Of a stretch of 64,000 nt of DNA, positions 32,515 through 42,633 are shown in pieces (position 1 is the first letter of the stretch; each line of letters starts with the position of its first letter). The DNA lies in the NCBI GenBank assembly GCA_051252075.1, contig JBPOFU010000002.1, positions 497 through 64,496 of the forward strand, written 5' to 3'. Source of the DNA: Oceanococcus sp. GTDB taxonomy: Bacteria > Pseudomonadota > Gammaproteobacteria > Nevskiales > Oceanococcaceae. Both the position numbers and the translations under genes were made by a program. A model generated the notes under the pieces. The model ran no database searches and had not been told where the DNA came from. It was given only the letters and a program-made list of their open reading frames with translations.

Positions 32515-32730
32515 GAGACTTCCTGTTTCAAATGCGAATTGTGGCCACGACCGCGTGGCGCAAAAGACGCGCATGATAGCGAACCCTGCAGTATTTTCGC
32601 ATTAGAAGCCTTATAACAGGTGTCTGTTTGCCATCCTTTACACGCAGTCATTGCGCCCGCTAACAAGTCATTGCATAGTTGTGAAGTGTCTGTCACAACA
32701 ACTTGGCACAGCGGATCTCTGGGGAAATTC

Positions 32731-33201
32731 ATGTACGTAACTAGCTTATTAAGCAGCCTAGCGCTGTTTTGGATGCTGCTCTCAGGGCATACGGACAGCT
32801 TGCTACTGAGCCTAGGCGCCATCTCTTGCCTGTTCACCGCCTGGCTTTGTCGGCGCATGGACATCGTCGACCATGAAAGCCACCCCCACCAGATCGGCCC
32901 TTTTATGCCTCGGTATTGGGCATTGCTCACCTTAGAGACACTGAAATCCAACTGGCAAACCGCGCTGGCGGTGCTGATGCCAGGACGTGTTGCGCCGGTT
33001 ACCGCCTATATTGCAACACCATTACAACAGGATGTGGTGAACGCGACCTTGGCCAATTCGATTACATTGACGCCAGGCACTTTGACCTTGGATGTGCAAA
33101 AAGACCGCATGCGCATTCACGCTTTGTCTGCAGAATTCATGGACGATTTACGCCAAGGCGGCATGATTGAACGCGCCAAAAAACTGGACGACGCATGTTA
33201 A
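32731..33201 (+). CDS. mrpE: Mrp Na+/H+ antiporter subunit E
   Basis: FWMLLSG, ANSITLTPGTLT, IHAL, M motifs. Start set at ATG 32731. Confidence 0.93.
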   Translation: MYVTSLLSSLALFWMLLSGHTDSLLLSLGAISCLFTAWLCRRMDIVDHESHPHQIGPFMPRYWALLTLETLKSNWQTALAVLMPGRVAPVTAYIATPLQQDVVNATLANSITLTPGTLTLDVQKDRMRIHALSAEFMDDLRQGGMIERAKKLDDAC

Positions 33202-33479
33202 CGGCAGCCCTCATCGGCGTGCTAATAGCCATGCTTTTGGCACTGCTGCGCGCCCTGCTTGGGCCCAGCGTGTATGACCGTATACTCGCGGCCAACAGTT
33301 TTGGAACCAAAACCGTGCTGTTCATTGCCGTTATTGGTTTTGTCGATGGCCGCCCAGAATTTCTCGACATTGCCTTGGTTTACGCGCTGATCAACTTCAT
33401 CGGCACCGTGGCCATCCTAAAATTCATGCATTTTCGCGACATGGGCTATGGCCTGATCAATCGAGACGAACGCGCATGA
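33195..33479 (+). CDS. mrpF: Mrp antiporter subunit F
   Basis: RALLGPSVYDRILAAN, LDIALVYALINFIGTVA. Confidence 0.93.
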   Translation: MLTAALIGVLIAMLLALLRALLGPSVYDRILAANSFGTKTVLFIAVIGFVDGRPEFLDIALVYALINFIGTVAILKFMHFRDMGYGLINRDERA

Positions 33480-33799
33480 TCAGCCACTACATTTCTGAAG
33501 CGTGCCTGCTGCTGGGCACCATAGTCATGATACTGGGCGCCTTGGGCTTGCTGCGCTTTCCTGATTTCTTTACCCGTACCCATGCGGTGAGCATGACCGA
33601 TACTGCAGGCGCGGGCTTTATCTTGCTCGGATTGATGGTGTTATCCGGTCTCAACTTAGTCACCCTAAAGTTAGCGGTGATTTTAATTTTCCTGTTGACC
33701 ACCTCACCGACCGCGGGGCACGCACTGGCCCAAGCCGCGACCACCGATGGCTATCGCCCCTTGGGCGATATTGAATCCGACGAGACCGATACGGAATGA
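33476..33799 (+). CDS. mrpG: Mrp antiporter subunit G
   Basis: GLLRFPDFFTRTHA, TSPTAGHALAQA. Confidence 0.95.
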   Translation: MISHYISEACLLLGTIVMILGALGLLRFPDFFTRTHAVSMTDTAGAGFILLGLMVLSGLNLVTLKLAVILIFLLTTSPTAGHALAQAATTDGYRPLGDIESDETDTE

Positions 33800-34353
33800 G
33801 CCACACCACATTGCTCGCCGTGAATGCGGTTTTCTTAGTCATCATGCTGATCACTGCAGTGGCCATTGCTCGCCAACGCAACCTTTTTGTTGCCGCAATG
33901 ATGATGAGCCTCTATAGCCTGTCATTGGCCTGTTTATTTGTGCTTCTCGACGCGGTGGATGTGGCATTTACTGAAGCATCTGTTGGCGCTGGAATCAGTA
34001 CGGTTTTACTGCTCAGCGCCTTGGCGTTAACGGAATACCGCGATCGCCCACCACAAAAAACACAGCATTATTTGGCCTTATGTATATGTGCGGGCGTGGC
34101 GGTATTGTTACTAATAGCGGCGAGTGAGTGGCCACATCTGGGCGCAGAAAACACCCCCATACATCAACATCCACTGACCCAGCATTTTCTTCAACAATCA
34201 GCTGAGGACACCGGCTTACCCAATGTGGTGACATCGGTATTGGCCAGTTATCGAGGCTACGACACCTTGGGCGAAGTGACCGTGGTGTTCACTGCGGGCT
34301 TGGCTGTATTGATGCTGTTACTGGGCGTACGCAAAGAAAAGGCGGGCTCATGA
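33796..34353 (+). CDS. Mrp subunit B-like (DUF4040 plus MnhB N-terminal segment; detached MrpA C-terminus)
   Basis: A.DVAFTEASVGAGISTVL, PNVVTSVLASYRGYDTLGEVTV. Confidence 0.88.
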   Translation: MSHTTLLAVNAVFLVIMLITAVAIARQRNLFVAAMMMSLYSLSLACLFVLLDAVDVAFTEASVGAGISTVLLLSALALTEYRDRPPQKTQHYLALCICAGVAVLLLIAASEWPHLGAENTPIHQHPLTQHFLQQSAEDTGLPNVVTSVLASYRGYDTLGEVTVVFTAGLAVLMLLLGVRKEKAGS

Positions 34354-34808
34354 AACCGACTGGCAGTACCGCCGTCTTACGTGTCGTAACTAAGCAGTTG
34401 ATGCCGGCCATCCTACTGTTTGCGCTGTATGTGCAATTCCATGGCGATTACGGCCCAGGCGGTGGCTTTCAAGCGGGGGTTATTTTCGCTGCAGGCGTCA
34501 TTCTTTACGCTTTGGTGTTTGGTTTAGATCGCAGCTGTCAGGTGATCCCACCCAAAGTCTTACTCAAAATTGCACCGCTGGGCGTCCTGCTCTACGCCGG
34601 CGTGGGTGTGTTTAGCCTGCTCAAGGGCTACGCCTTTTTGGACTACACCGCCCTAGACCCTGAGCACCCCAGCCACGGTCAGCATTTGGGCATATTGCTG
34701 GTGGAACTGGGCGTAGGCTTAACCGTCTTTGCAGTAATGTTGTTGATTTTTTATGCCTTCGCCGGCCGTCGGCGCGCTTCCAGCTTGACCCATAAGGATA
34801 TGAGCTAA
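34350..34808 (+). CDS. mrpB: Mrp antiporter subunit B
   Basis: HGDYGPGGGFQAGVI, ELGVGLTV. Confidence 0.92.
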   Translation: MKPTGSTAVLRVVTKQLMPAILLFALYVQFHGDYGPGGGFQAGVIFAAGVILYALVFGLDRSCQVIPPKVLLKIAPLGVLLYAGVGVFSLLKGYAFLDYTALDPEHPSHGQHLGILLVELGVGLTVFAVMLLIFYAFAGRRRASSLTHKDMS

Positions 34809-35158
34809 TGAGCTTGGGGCTAATGAACGCTTATGCGGCGATACTCTTGCTGGTCACCGGTCTGTACGTGGTTCTGGCGTATGACAACCTGATTAAAAAA
34901 TTGATTGGCCTGAGCCTGTTTCAGACGGCAATCTTTGTGCTGTACATCAGCATGGGCAAGCTCAGCGGCGGCACCGCACCGATCTTAGCCGAAGGCTTCA
35001 CTCGCTATTCCCACCCCCTGCCGCATGTCCTTATCCTGACCGCCATTGTGGTCGGCATTGCAACGCTGGCCTTAGGCTTGGCCCTGGTTGTTCGCATCCA
35101 CGAGGAATACGGCAGCAGCGACGAAGATGAAATCTTGGAACAGGAGCATCCAGGATGA
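34808..35158 (+). CDS. mrpC: Mrp antiporter subunit C
   Basis: NLIKKLIGL, PLPHVLILTAIVVGIATLA. Confidence 0.95.
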   Translation: MSLGLMNAYAAILLLVTGLYVVLAYDNLIKKLIGLSLFQTAIFVLYISMGKLSGGTAPILAEGFTRYSHPLPHVLILTAIVVGIATLALGLALVVRIHEEYGSSDEDEILEQEHPG

Positions 35159-36591
35159 ACAATCTGGTTTTACCGGTATTGATCCCCCTGCTGGCGGCGC
35201 CATTGCTGGTGCTCATAGGCGGACGTCAGCGGGCCTGGCTGCTGGCCTTGGCCAGCATTGCAGCGGCCGTACTCGCCACCCTGTACAGCTACGTTCTGGG
35301 CGATGGCCAAACCGCATTGGGTGGTTGGCAGCCGCCTGTCGGCATCAATTACTCTTTGGATGCTGCCAATCGCCCGATAATGCTACTGGTAATGAGTGCC
35401 GGTTTGGTCAGCTTGTTTATGGCATCACCGAAGCAACTGAGTTGGCTAGAACCGCCACGCTTAGCCATTTTCTATGCCCTGTTCTGCCTTTGCTTGTGTG
35501 GCCTGGCAGGAATCACTGCCACGGCGGATGCCTTTAACGTCTTCGTGTTTCTGGAGATTTCCTCGCTATCAACCTATGCCTTGGTCGCGACTGGGCAAAA
35601 CCGCGCCGCCTTACGTGCGGCCTTCCAATACTTGGTGCTGGGCACATTGGGCGGCAGCTTTGTATTGCTCGGTGTCGGCCTGCTGTATATGGCCACGGGC
35701 AGCCTGAACATGGCGGATATCGCCGCTAGACTGGCTGACTCTCCTCTGCCCAGCGCGATCTTAGTCGGTGGCGTTTTTCTGCTGCTGGGTTTCGCTTTAA
35801 AAAGCGCTCTATTTCCTTTGCACCAATGGCTGCCCGGCGTGTACCAGCACAGTCCTGCCCCGGTCGCCACACTGCTTGCGGCCAGCGGCACCAAAGTGTC
35901 CATTTACGCCTTGACCCGTTTTGGATTCAGCGTCTTGGGAGTGAGCTGGTTGGCCGCTCACCATGTGGACAAGCTTTTGCTGATACTGGCCAGCGGCGCC
36001 ATGCTATTTGGTTCGCTTGCGGCTATACAGCAAACCCGCCTAAAAGCCTTACTGGCTTGGTCTAGCGTCGCCCAAATCGGTTATATCGTGCTGGCCATCA
36101 GCATGCTCAATCAAGCCGGTTTAGCCGCTGCATGGTTGTTTATTTTGATCCACGCTGTGATCAAAGGCAGCTTGTTTATTGCCGCCGCGAATTTAGTGGA
36201 TGACCGCCTCAGCCAATTGGTCGGATTGGGCAAACGCGACCCGGTACTGGCCAGTTGCCTCAGCATTGCGGCTTTATCACTGCTGGGCGTGCCGCTCACC
36301 GCTGGCTTCGTCGGCAAATGGGTACTGATCCAAGCGGTCTGGCAAAGCGGCGTGGTTTTTGGCGTGGTCGTGATCGCAGCCAGTTCCTTGCTCGCCGTGA
36401 TCTATGTCGCCCGCATCGTGCTGCCCTTATGGCAAACACCCGAAGAAAACCAAGACATTGTTGCGCCCACACGTGCGTGGAATGTGCGCAGCATGACGTT
36501 ACTGGGTTCTAGTGCCTGCATTTTCATAGGCTTGTGGCCGGCTCCATTGCTGCATGCCTGTCAGCAAGCCGCCAAGGCGCTGCTGCCATGA
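35155..36591 (+). CDS. mrpD: Mrp antiporter subunit D (copy 1)
   Basis: DAFNVFVFLEI, K.ALFPLH.WLP..Y, KV..YA, AWSSVAQIGYI, HAVIK..LF, GVPLTAGFVGK. Confidence 0.9.
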   Translation: MNNLVLPVLIPLLAAPLLVLIGGRQRAWLLALASIAAAVLATLYSYVLGDGQTALGGWQPPVGINYSLDAANRPIMLLVMSAGLVSLFMASPKQLSWLEPPRLAIFYALFCLCLCGLAGITATADAFNVFVFLEISSLSTYALVATGQNRAALRAAFQYLVLGTLGGSFVLLGVGLLYMATGSLNMADIAARLADSPLPSAILVGGVFLLLGFALKSALFPLHQWLPGVYQHSPAPVATLLAASGTKVSIYALTRFGFSVLGVSWLAAHHVDKLLLILASGAMLFGSLAAIQQTRLKALLAWSSVAQIGYIVLAISMLNQAGLAAAWLFILIHAVIKGSLFIAAANLVDDRLSQLVGLGKRDPVLASCLSIAALSLLGVPLTAGFVGKWVLIQAVWQSGVVFGVVVIAASSLLAVIYVARIVLPLWQTPEENQDIVAPTRAWNVRSMTLLGSSACIFIGLWPAPLLHACQQAAKALLP

Positions 36592-38018
36592 TTGCCGTGC
36601 CCATGCTCATCCCCTTGATCGCCGCTTTGCTGATCGGGCTAAGTGGACGCTGGCCTAATCTACGAGAAGCCCTATCTGTCGTCGCAGGGATCGCGACAGG
36701 AGTCAGCGTTTGGTTGTTGCATCTAAGCGGCGGCGGGCAATTTTTGCTAACCGACTTTGGTGGCGGCATGAGCCTGTACTGGGCCAGCGAACCATTAGGA
36801 CTCTTGTTCGCTCTGGTCGCCGGTTGCCTGTGGCCTGTTACCGCGGTGTATGCCGCCGGTTATTTACGTGGCGCGAAAGAAAAGAATCAAACCCGCTTCT
36901 TTATCTTTATGGCCATCTCAATTGCCGCAGCGCAATGCATCGCTTTGGCCGGTAATTTGTTCACCTTGTTTGTGGGCTACGAAATCATGACCTTGGCGAC
37001 TTGGCCTCTAGTCAGCCACAAGGGCAATGCCGATGCACAAGCCGGTGGCCGTACCTATTTGGCTTACTTACTACCCAGCTCTGTCGCCTTACTACTCCCC
37101 GCCATACTAATCGTACAAATCAGCACGGGCACGTCGGTCTTTACCGATGGCGGCGTGCTCGAAAGTGCCGGCTTCGGCCCCATGGCCTTAGGCTTGCTTT
37201 ACGCTTTGTTCGTATTTGGCATAGGCAAAGCCGCCTTGATGCCGATGCACGGCTGGCTACCCGCCGCTATGGTGGCACCCACCCCGGTGAGCGCCTTATT
37301 ACATGCCGTTGCGGTGGTGAAAGCCGGTGTTTTCTGTGTGTTGAAAGTCACCCTGTACATTTTTGGCTTGGACACTTTAAGCGCCAGTGGCGCCAGTGAG
37401 CCCATCGTATGGGTCGCGGCATTTAGCATGATCGCCGCCTCCTTGGTTGCACTGCACGCGGACAACCTCAAACGTCGTCTCGCCTATTCCACCGTGAGCC
37501 AACTGGCCTATGTCACTCTCGCAGCGGCTTTAGCCAGCGCTGCAGCGGCCTATGCCGGCAGCCTGCAAATCCTTATGCATGCCTTCGGCAAGATCACCTT
37601 ATTTTTCTGTGCCGGTGCGATTTACGTCGCCCATAAGAAAACCTTGGTCAGCCAACTGGATGGTCTCGGCCGACAGATGCCGCTGACCTTTATAGCCTTT
37701 ACGTTGGGTGCGCTGTCCATCATCGGCTTACCGCCGCTGGGTGGCTCTTGGACCAAATGGTGGTTAATGATCGGCGCACTGGATGCGCAACATGCTTGGC
37801 TACTGGGCGTGATGGCTTTGAGCACCTTATTGAACATTGCTTATCTCCTACCCATACCGGCGCGCGCCTTCCTTGCGGGGGATACGCGCTGGCAGTGGGC
37901 TGAAGCCCCATTGGCTTGCCTGCTGCCGCTGTGTTTCACCGCATTAGTCAGCCTATGGTTGTTCTTCCAAATCCCTATGGCCAATAGCTTGATGCAAATG
38001 ACCGGGGCGCAACCATGA
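36588..38018 (+). CDS. Mrp antiporter D/A-like subunit (copy 2)
   Basis: GNLFTLFVGYE, GKAALMPMHGWLP.AMVAPTPVSALLHAVAVVKAG, AYSTVSQL, HAFGKITLF. Start set at ATG 36588. Confidence 0.9.
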   Translation: MIAVPMLIPLIAALLIGLSGRWPNLREALSVVAGIATGVSVWLLHLSGGGQFLLTDFGGGMSLYWASEPLGLLFALVAGCLWPVTAVYAAGYLRGAKEKNQTRFFIFMAISIAAAQCIALAGNLFTLFVGYEIMTLATWPLVSHKGNADAQAGGRTYLAYLLPSSVALLLPAILIVQISTGTSVFTDGGVLESAGFGPMALGLLYALFVFGIGKAALMPMHGWLPAAMVAPTPVSALLHAVAVVKAGVFCVLKVTLYIFGLDTLSASGASEPIVWVAAFSMIAASLVALHADNLKRRLAYSTVSQLAYVTLAAALASAAAAYAGSLQILMHAFGKITLFFCAGAIYVAHKKTLVSQLDGLGRQMPLTFIAFTLGALSIIGLPPLGGSWTKWWLMIGALDAQHAWLLGVMALSTLLNIAYLLPIPARAFLAGDTRWQWAEAPLACLLPLCFTALVSLWLFFQIPMANSLMQMTGAQP

Positions 38019-38284
38019 GCGCGGAAAAACCAAACAACGCAGCCGTTTGGGCGCAGCGCTTACTCGTTGTCGCTTGTATCGTCAGCATCATTGCAGGCTT
38101 TTTCATTGAGCATCACCCGCATTTCGCCTTTGAAGCATGGCCGGGATTTTTTGCCCTGTTCGGCTTTGCCGCCTATTGCTTCATTGTGCTCAGCGCCAAA
38201 TCGCTACGCCCTTTTCTGCGACGCGAAGAAACCTATTACGGGGATGATGCCGGTAGCAATGGTGATGAGGTGAAGCATGATTGA
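38015..38284 (+). CDS. Small two-TM protein embedded in the Mrp operon
   Basis: Overlaps both neighbours (ATGA coupling). Two hydrophobic segments, HPHF..E.WPGF.ALFGF and LR..LRR.E.YY. Confidence 0.8.
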   Translation: MSAEKPNNAAVWAQRLLVVACIVSIIAGFFIEHHPHFAFEAWPGFFALFGFAAYCFIVLSAKSLRPFLRREETYYGDDAGSNGDEVKHD

Positions 38285-39971
38285 TTGCCTGCTGCATCCC
38301 GGTTATCAACTCATCATTGCCGGTCTACTGGCTAGCTTCCTGGGCGCCCGCGCTGGAACGGTTGTCGCTCTGGCCGCTCCGCTGCTAGCCATCGCCACGC
38401 TGTTTCAACTGCCGGATGGCCACGTCATTGCCGCCCAGTTTGGCGGCTACGAATTATTGACCCTGCGCCTGGATCGCTTGAGCTTCATTTTTGCTCTGAT
38501 CTTTTTGATAGCCAGCTTTCTCGGCCAGTTGTTCGCCATGCCGGAAAACCGCCGCACCCTGCGCGCCGCCGGTTTGGTTTACGCCGGTGCGGCCGTCAGC
38601 GCGACCTTGGCCGGTGACCTCATCAGCCTGTTTATACATTGGGAGCTCACCGCACTGGCGTCGGTACTGATCGTATGGGATGGCCAGAAAAAACCCAGCG
38701 ATGCGCATATACGCGCCGGTATTCGCTACTTCTTACTGCAAATATTGTCGGGCCTGTTGTTGCTGGTCGGCGCAGTGATGTGGATACGCGCCAACGGTTC
38801 CGGTGAATTCAATCACATCGGCTTGGATGCGCCTGGCGGTTTGTGGATTTTCCTCGCCTTTGGCATCAAGTGCGCCTTCCCATTGATGCACAACTGGCTG
38901 CAAGACGCGTATCCGCGGGCATCAGCCGCCGGAACAGTGATGCTGTCCGCTTTTACCACCAAGCTAGCGGTGTATGCCTTAGCGCGCGGCTATGCGGGCA
39001 CCGAAAGCTTGATGTGGATAGGCGCGATCATGACCGCCTTCCCGATTTTCTTCGCCGTCCTCGAAAACGATTTACGCAAAGTCTTGGCCTATTCGCTGAA
39101 TAATCAACTGGGCTTTATGGTTGCTGGCATCGGTATAGGCACCTCGCTGGCCATCGATGGTGCGGCAGCCCATGCCTTTGCTCACATTTTGTATAAAGCA
39201 CTGCTGTTCATGTCCATGGGTGCGGTGTTGCATCGCGTGGGCACGACCAAGGCCTCGGAACTCGGCGGGCTGTATCGCTCCATGCCCTGGACTGCCCGTT
39301 TTTGCATCATCGGATCCTTATCGATTTCCGCCTTCCCATTTTTCTCTGGTTTCGTAACCAAGTCGATGATTTTGAGTGCCGCGGCGATGGAACACCACAT
39401 GTGGTTGTGGTTGGTATTGCTGTTTGCCTCCGCCGGGGTGCTGGATCATTCCGGCATTAAGATTCCCTATTTCAGCTTTTTTGCCCACGACTCGGGCAAA
39501 CGCTGCAAGGAAGCGCCATTTCCCATGCTGCTGGCCATGGGCATTACCGCCGCCTTCTGCATCGGCATCGGCATATGGCCTGAACCTTTGTACGCACTGC
39601 TTCCTTTTGGCTCGCAGTACCAACCGTACACACCGGAGCATGTGGTGGGGCAATACCAACTGCTGTTTTTTGCCGCCTTAGCTTTTGTGACGCTGACCCG
39701 TTTGGGTTGGTATCCGGCAGAAGTACGTGGCATCAACCTAGACAGTGATTGGTTTTATCGGCGTTTCGCAGCGCGCCTTTGGCACAAACTTAGTGCAGTC
39801 TTTTTTGCGCTGCGCAGCGCGATGCACGTTCTAACTGGCGGGCTCAGCAAACAGCTGAAGAAAATACTGGCCGATGGCTTCGCAGAAAATCAGGTGACCG
39901 CAGTCTGGCCCATTCATGTCGGCGCGAGTTTATTGCTGATGCTGCTGGGCGCTTGGTTGCTGCTGGTTTAG
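38277..39971 (+). CDS. Mrp antiporter D/A-like subunit (copy 3)
   Basis: AGDLISLFIHWE, KCAFPLMHNWL.DAYP, SAFTTK, LAYSLNNQLGFM, HILYKALLFM, GFVTKS. Confidence 0.9.
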   Translation: MIDCLLHPGYQLIIAGLLASFLGARAGTVVALAAPLLAIATLFQLPDGHVIAAQFGGYELLTLRLDRLSFIFALIFLIASFLGQLFAMPENRRTLRAAGLVYAGAAVSATLAGDLISLFIHWELTALASVLIVWDGQKKPSDAHIRAGIRYFLLQILSGLLLLVGAVMWIRANGSGEFNHIGLDAPGGLWIFLAFGIKCAFPLMHNWLQDAYPRASAAGTVMLSAFTTKLAVYALARGYAGTESLMWIGAIMTAFPIFFAVLENDLRKVLAYSLNNQLGFMVAGIGIGTSLAIDGAAAHAFAHILYKALLFMSMGAVLHRVGTTKASELGGLYRSMPWTARFCIIGSLSISAFPFFSGFVTKSMILSAAAMEHHMWLWLVLLFASAGVLDHSGIKIPYFSFFAHDSGKRCKEAPFPMLLAMGITAAFCIGIGIWPEPLYALLPFGSQYQPYTPEHVVGQYQLLFFAALAFVTLTRLGWYPAEVRGINLDSDWFYRRFAARLWHKLSAVFFALRSAMHVLTGGLSKQLKKILADGFAENQVTAVWPIHVGASLLLMLLGAWLLLV

Positions 39972-39981
39972 CTCGGCCTGA

Positions 39982-40656
39982 TCAATGGGAAGCTGAGTAA
40001 CGTGCCTCTTCCCGCTGAATTTTACGTACCAAATCCAAGCCCATAGCGGACTGCAAGCGCGACCAAACCACCGGCTGGGTGGCGCGCATTTTGTCCAAAG
40101 TTTCTCGCGTCCAACAAAACCACTGACTGACATCCTCGCCCGGGGACACCGTGGCATTGGCACTGCGATTGGTTAGTACACTCATTTCCCCAACAAAGCC
40201 AGGGGTTTGCAGCGGCCTTTCCTGCTGCCCTTGTTTGCTCAACTGTATCGAACCGTCCGCCAACCAATACAGCGCTTTGGGCACTTCTCCCTCTTGAGTC
40301 AAAGCTTTGGGTAACGGTCCTGGCGGCTCAGCTGTGGCCCAGAAACGCAAAAAATCGCCCGCCGACAAGGCGGCAAAATGCTGTTGGTAGATATCCTGCA
40401 ATTCAGCGGGGATAGTCACCGCTCTACGCTCGCGCAATATGCGCACGACCCAATAACTGTTGATCCCAATCAATACCAGATTCCAACCGGCAATGGCGTG
40501 CACGCCACGGCTAAAGGCGTAGCTGGCCACGACTGCCTGTGCGATCGCCAACATGATGCGCAGCATGAGTACATCACTGGCCATCAAAGCCGAGAGCTGC
40601 AACAGATAGCCCAAGTGAACGATATTTTCTATCAAGAAATTCAAACTGGCTTGCAT
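39982..40656 (-). CDS. Popeye-like membrane protein with cyclic-nucleotide-binding fold
   Basis: Three N-terminal TMs (H..Y.L..S...SD.L.LR; WN.V...IN) followed by LS..DF, LT.EG...L..L..G, GFVGEMS.L...ANATV and W..E.L pattern. Confidence 0.72.
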   Translation of the reverse strand: MQASLNFLIENIVHLGYLLQLSALMASDVLMLRIMLAIAQAVVASYAFSRGVHAIAGWNLVLIGINSYWVVRILRERRAVTIPAELQDIYQQHFAALSAGDFLRFWATAEPPGPLPKALTQEGEVPKALYWLADGSIQLSKQGQQERPLQTPGFVGEMSVLTNRSANATVSPGEDVSQWFCWTRETLDKMRATQPVVWSRLQSAMGLDLVRKIQREEARYSASH

Positions 40657-40677
40657 CGCTATATCTCGACTTCCGTT

Positions 40678-41418
40678 TTAGCTGGCTAGCGGCTCATCTT
40701 CTCGCAGCCAAACACAATCACCAGAAGCTTCATGCAAGGCTTGCAGATACGCCGCATGAATATCCTGCTCTTGCGCATTGGCGAGTTGCAGCCGCGGTTG
40801 TAGCCTTGCCGCCGCCATGACTTCGGCCGCAGTACGTTGCGGCCCACCGGTATCTTCTTGGGTGGTGAGCAGCAAAGCGTTTTGCCCACCGGTTAAGCGC
40901 AAGTAAACATCCGCAAGCAACTCCGCATCAAGCAAAGCGCCGTGCAGCTCTCGATTGGAGTTATCAACCTCGTAACGCTTACACAAAGCATCCAAGGAAT
41001 TACGTTGATTGGGATGCTTTTTACGCGCCAGCAGCAAAGAGTCGATAACCTCACCCGCGGGCGGCCAATCACTGCTACGACCGCAGCGCTGATACTCCAC
41101 TTGCAGAAAGCCCATGTCGAACTCGGCGTTGTGAATCACCAAATTTGCATCGCCGATGAACTCTAGGAGTTCATCGGCTATACCTTCAAACCTAGGCTTG
41201 TCGTGCAACTTCTCCATGGTGATGCCGTGTACCGCGGCGGCGCCTTCATCAATGGCACGCCCAGGATTCACATAACGGTGAAATGTACGACCAGTAATGC
41301 GACGATTGATAATCTCTAGGCAGCCCACTTCGATAATGGAATGGTCTTGCGCAGCCAGACCGGTGGTCTCCGTATCCAGCACGATTTCACGCTCGACTTC
41401 GGCTTCAGCTTCACTCAC
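40678..41418 (-). CDS. dnaQ: DNA polymerase III epsilon subunit
   Basis: [48 protein letters not shown]. Confidence 0.98.
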   Translation of the reverse strand: MSEAEAEVEREIVLDTETTGLAAQDHSIIEVGCLEIINRRITGRTFHRYVNPGRAIDEGAAAVHGITMEKLHDKPRFEGIADELLEFIGDANLVIHNAEFDMGFLQVEYQRCGRSSDWPPAGEVIDSLLLARKKHPNQRNSLDALCKRYEVDNSNRELHGALLDAELLADVYLRLTGGQNALLLTTQEDTGGPQRTAAEVMAAARLQPRLQLANAQEQDIHAAYLQALHEASGDCVWLREDEPLAS

Positions 41419-41849
41419 TTAAATGGCTCCATGCCTTTACCTGCCAATTCATCGGCCAACTCATTTCCTTCATCGCCACTGTGGCCCTTGACCCAATGCC
41501 AGGACACGTCATGACGCGCAGCTGCGACATCCAGAGCCTGCCATAAATCCTGATTCTTCACGGCCTTACCTGCCGAGGTCTTCCAATTCTTCCGCTTCCA
41601 GTTCGCCATCCATTCAGTAATGCCTTGGCGTAAATAACTGGAGTCGGTATACAGCTCAACTTGGCAAGAACGTTTCAGCGCGTTCAGCGCCTCAATGGCG
41701 GCCTGCATTTCCATCCGATTGTTCGTGGTTTGCGGCGCGCCTCCGCACAACTCGCGGCGTTTGCCCCCGCTGGTGAGATGCGCTCCCCAACCGCCTGGAC
41801 CTGGATTGCCGCTACAGGCTCCATCGGTGTAAATCGTTACGATACTCAT
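41415..41849 (-). CDS. rnhA: Ribonuclease HI
   Basis: [48 protein letters not shown]. Confidence 0.99.
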   Translation of the reverse strand: MSIVTIYTDGACSGNPGPGGWGAHLTSGGKRRELCGGAPQTTNNRMEMQAAIEALNALKRSCQVELYTDSSYLRQGITEWMANWKRKNWKTSAGKAVKNQDLWQALDVAAARHDVSWHWVKGHSGDEGNELADELAGKGMEPFK

Positions 41850-42589
41850 GTACTGGTTTCACTCTCACGAATCGGAACCACGACACGCGCAGCGCCACTG
41901 CGTGTCGGCATACCGACGGTATCCATCCCTGCAGCCGCTTTTCCCCAAATCGGGCGTTGCACGGGACTCATGGGCATACGACGCTTGCGCGCTCGAATCA
42001 AATACACCGGTGCAAACCAATTCAATATCAGCTTCATCCATGGCCAAGATAAGGGGGGCCAGTTACGTTCAGAATGTAGCGGCGAAATGCGCCCATGCTC
42101 CAAAACTTCATAATCCAGCAAACGTAGCCAATCTTGCACTCGCCCATGTCCCAAAGGGCGTACCCCGTCCGGCAAGGCTGGATAGCGCTTCAAAAACCGT
42201 TGGCGCATGCCCCAAACACTCCACGGATTGAAACCCAGAATCAACAACTGCCCACGCGGGCTCAAAATGCGGTCGGTCTCTCGCAGCAGTTGATGCGCAG
42301 ACGGCGCCGATTCCAAGCTATGCGCCAATAGCACGGCGTCGACACTGCGGCTGGCCAAAGGAAGTTGCGATAAATCACAACGAACGTCTACCTTGCCATG
42401 CGGCCCCAGCACGCCGCTGCGCCATTGCGCCTCAACTTGCAGTAGATCTTTCGACCAACAGCCAATTTGCAGCAAACTGCGCCCAAATAAAGCGTCACAA
42501 CTGCTTTTCACCTGCTCGCGCTCTGCGCTGCACAGCGCTTGCCCTCGTGCTGACTGTAGCCAGCTTTCAGTTGCTAAGTGAGTTTTCAT
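41846..42589 (-). CDS. Class I SAM-dependent methyltransferase (YafS-like)
   Basis: LP...[19 protein letters not shown]...G.L...GFNPWS.WG; conserved position between rnhA and gloB. Confidence 0.88.
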   Translation of the reverse strand: MKTHLATESWLQSARGQALCSAEREQVKSSCDALFGRSLLQIGCWSKDLLQVEAQWRSGVLGPHGKVDVRCDLSQLPLASRSVDAVLLAHSLESAPSAHQLLRETDRILSPRGQLLILGFNPWSVWGMRQRFLKRYPALPDGVRPLGHGRVQDWLRLLDYEVLEHGRISPLHSERNWPPLSWPWMKLILNWFAPVYLIRARKRRMPMSPVQRPIWGKAAAGMDTVGMPTRSGAARVVVPIRESETST

Positions 42590-42633
42590 GCAAAATACGT
42601 CGCCTTGGGTTTATCGGACAGTAAGGACTGTGG

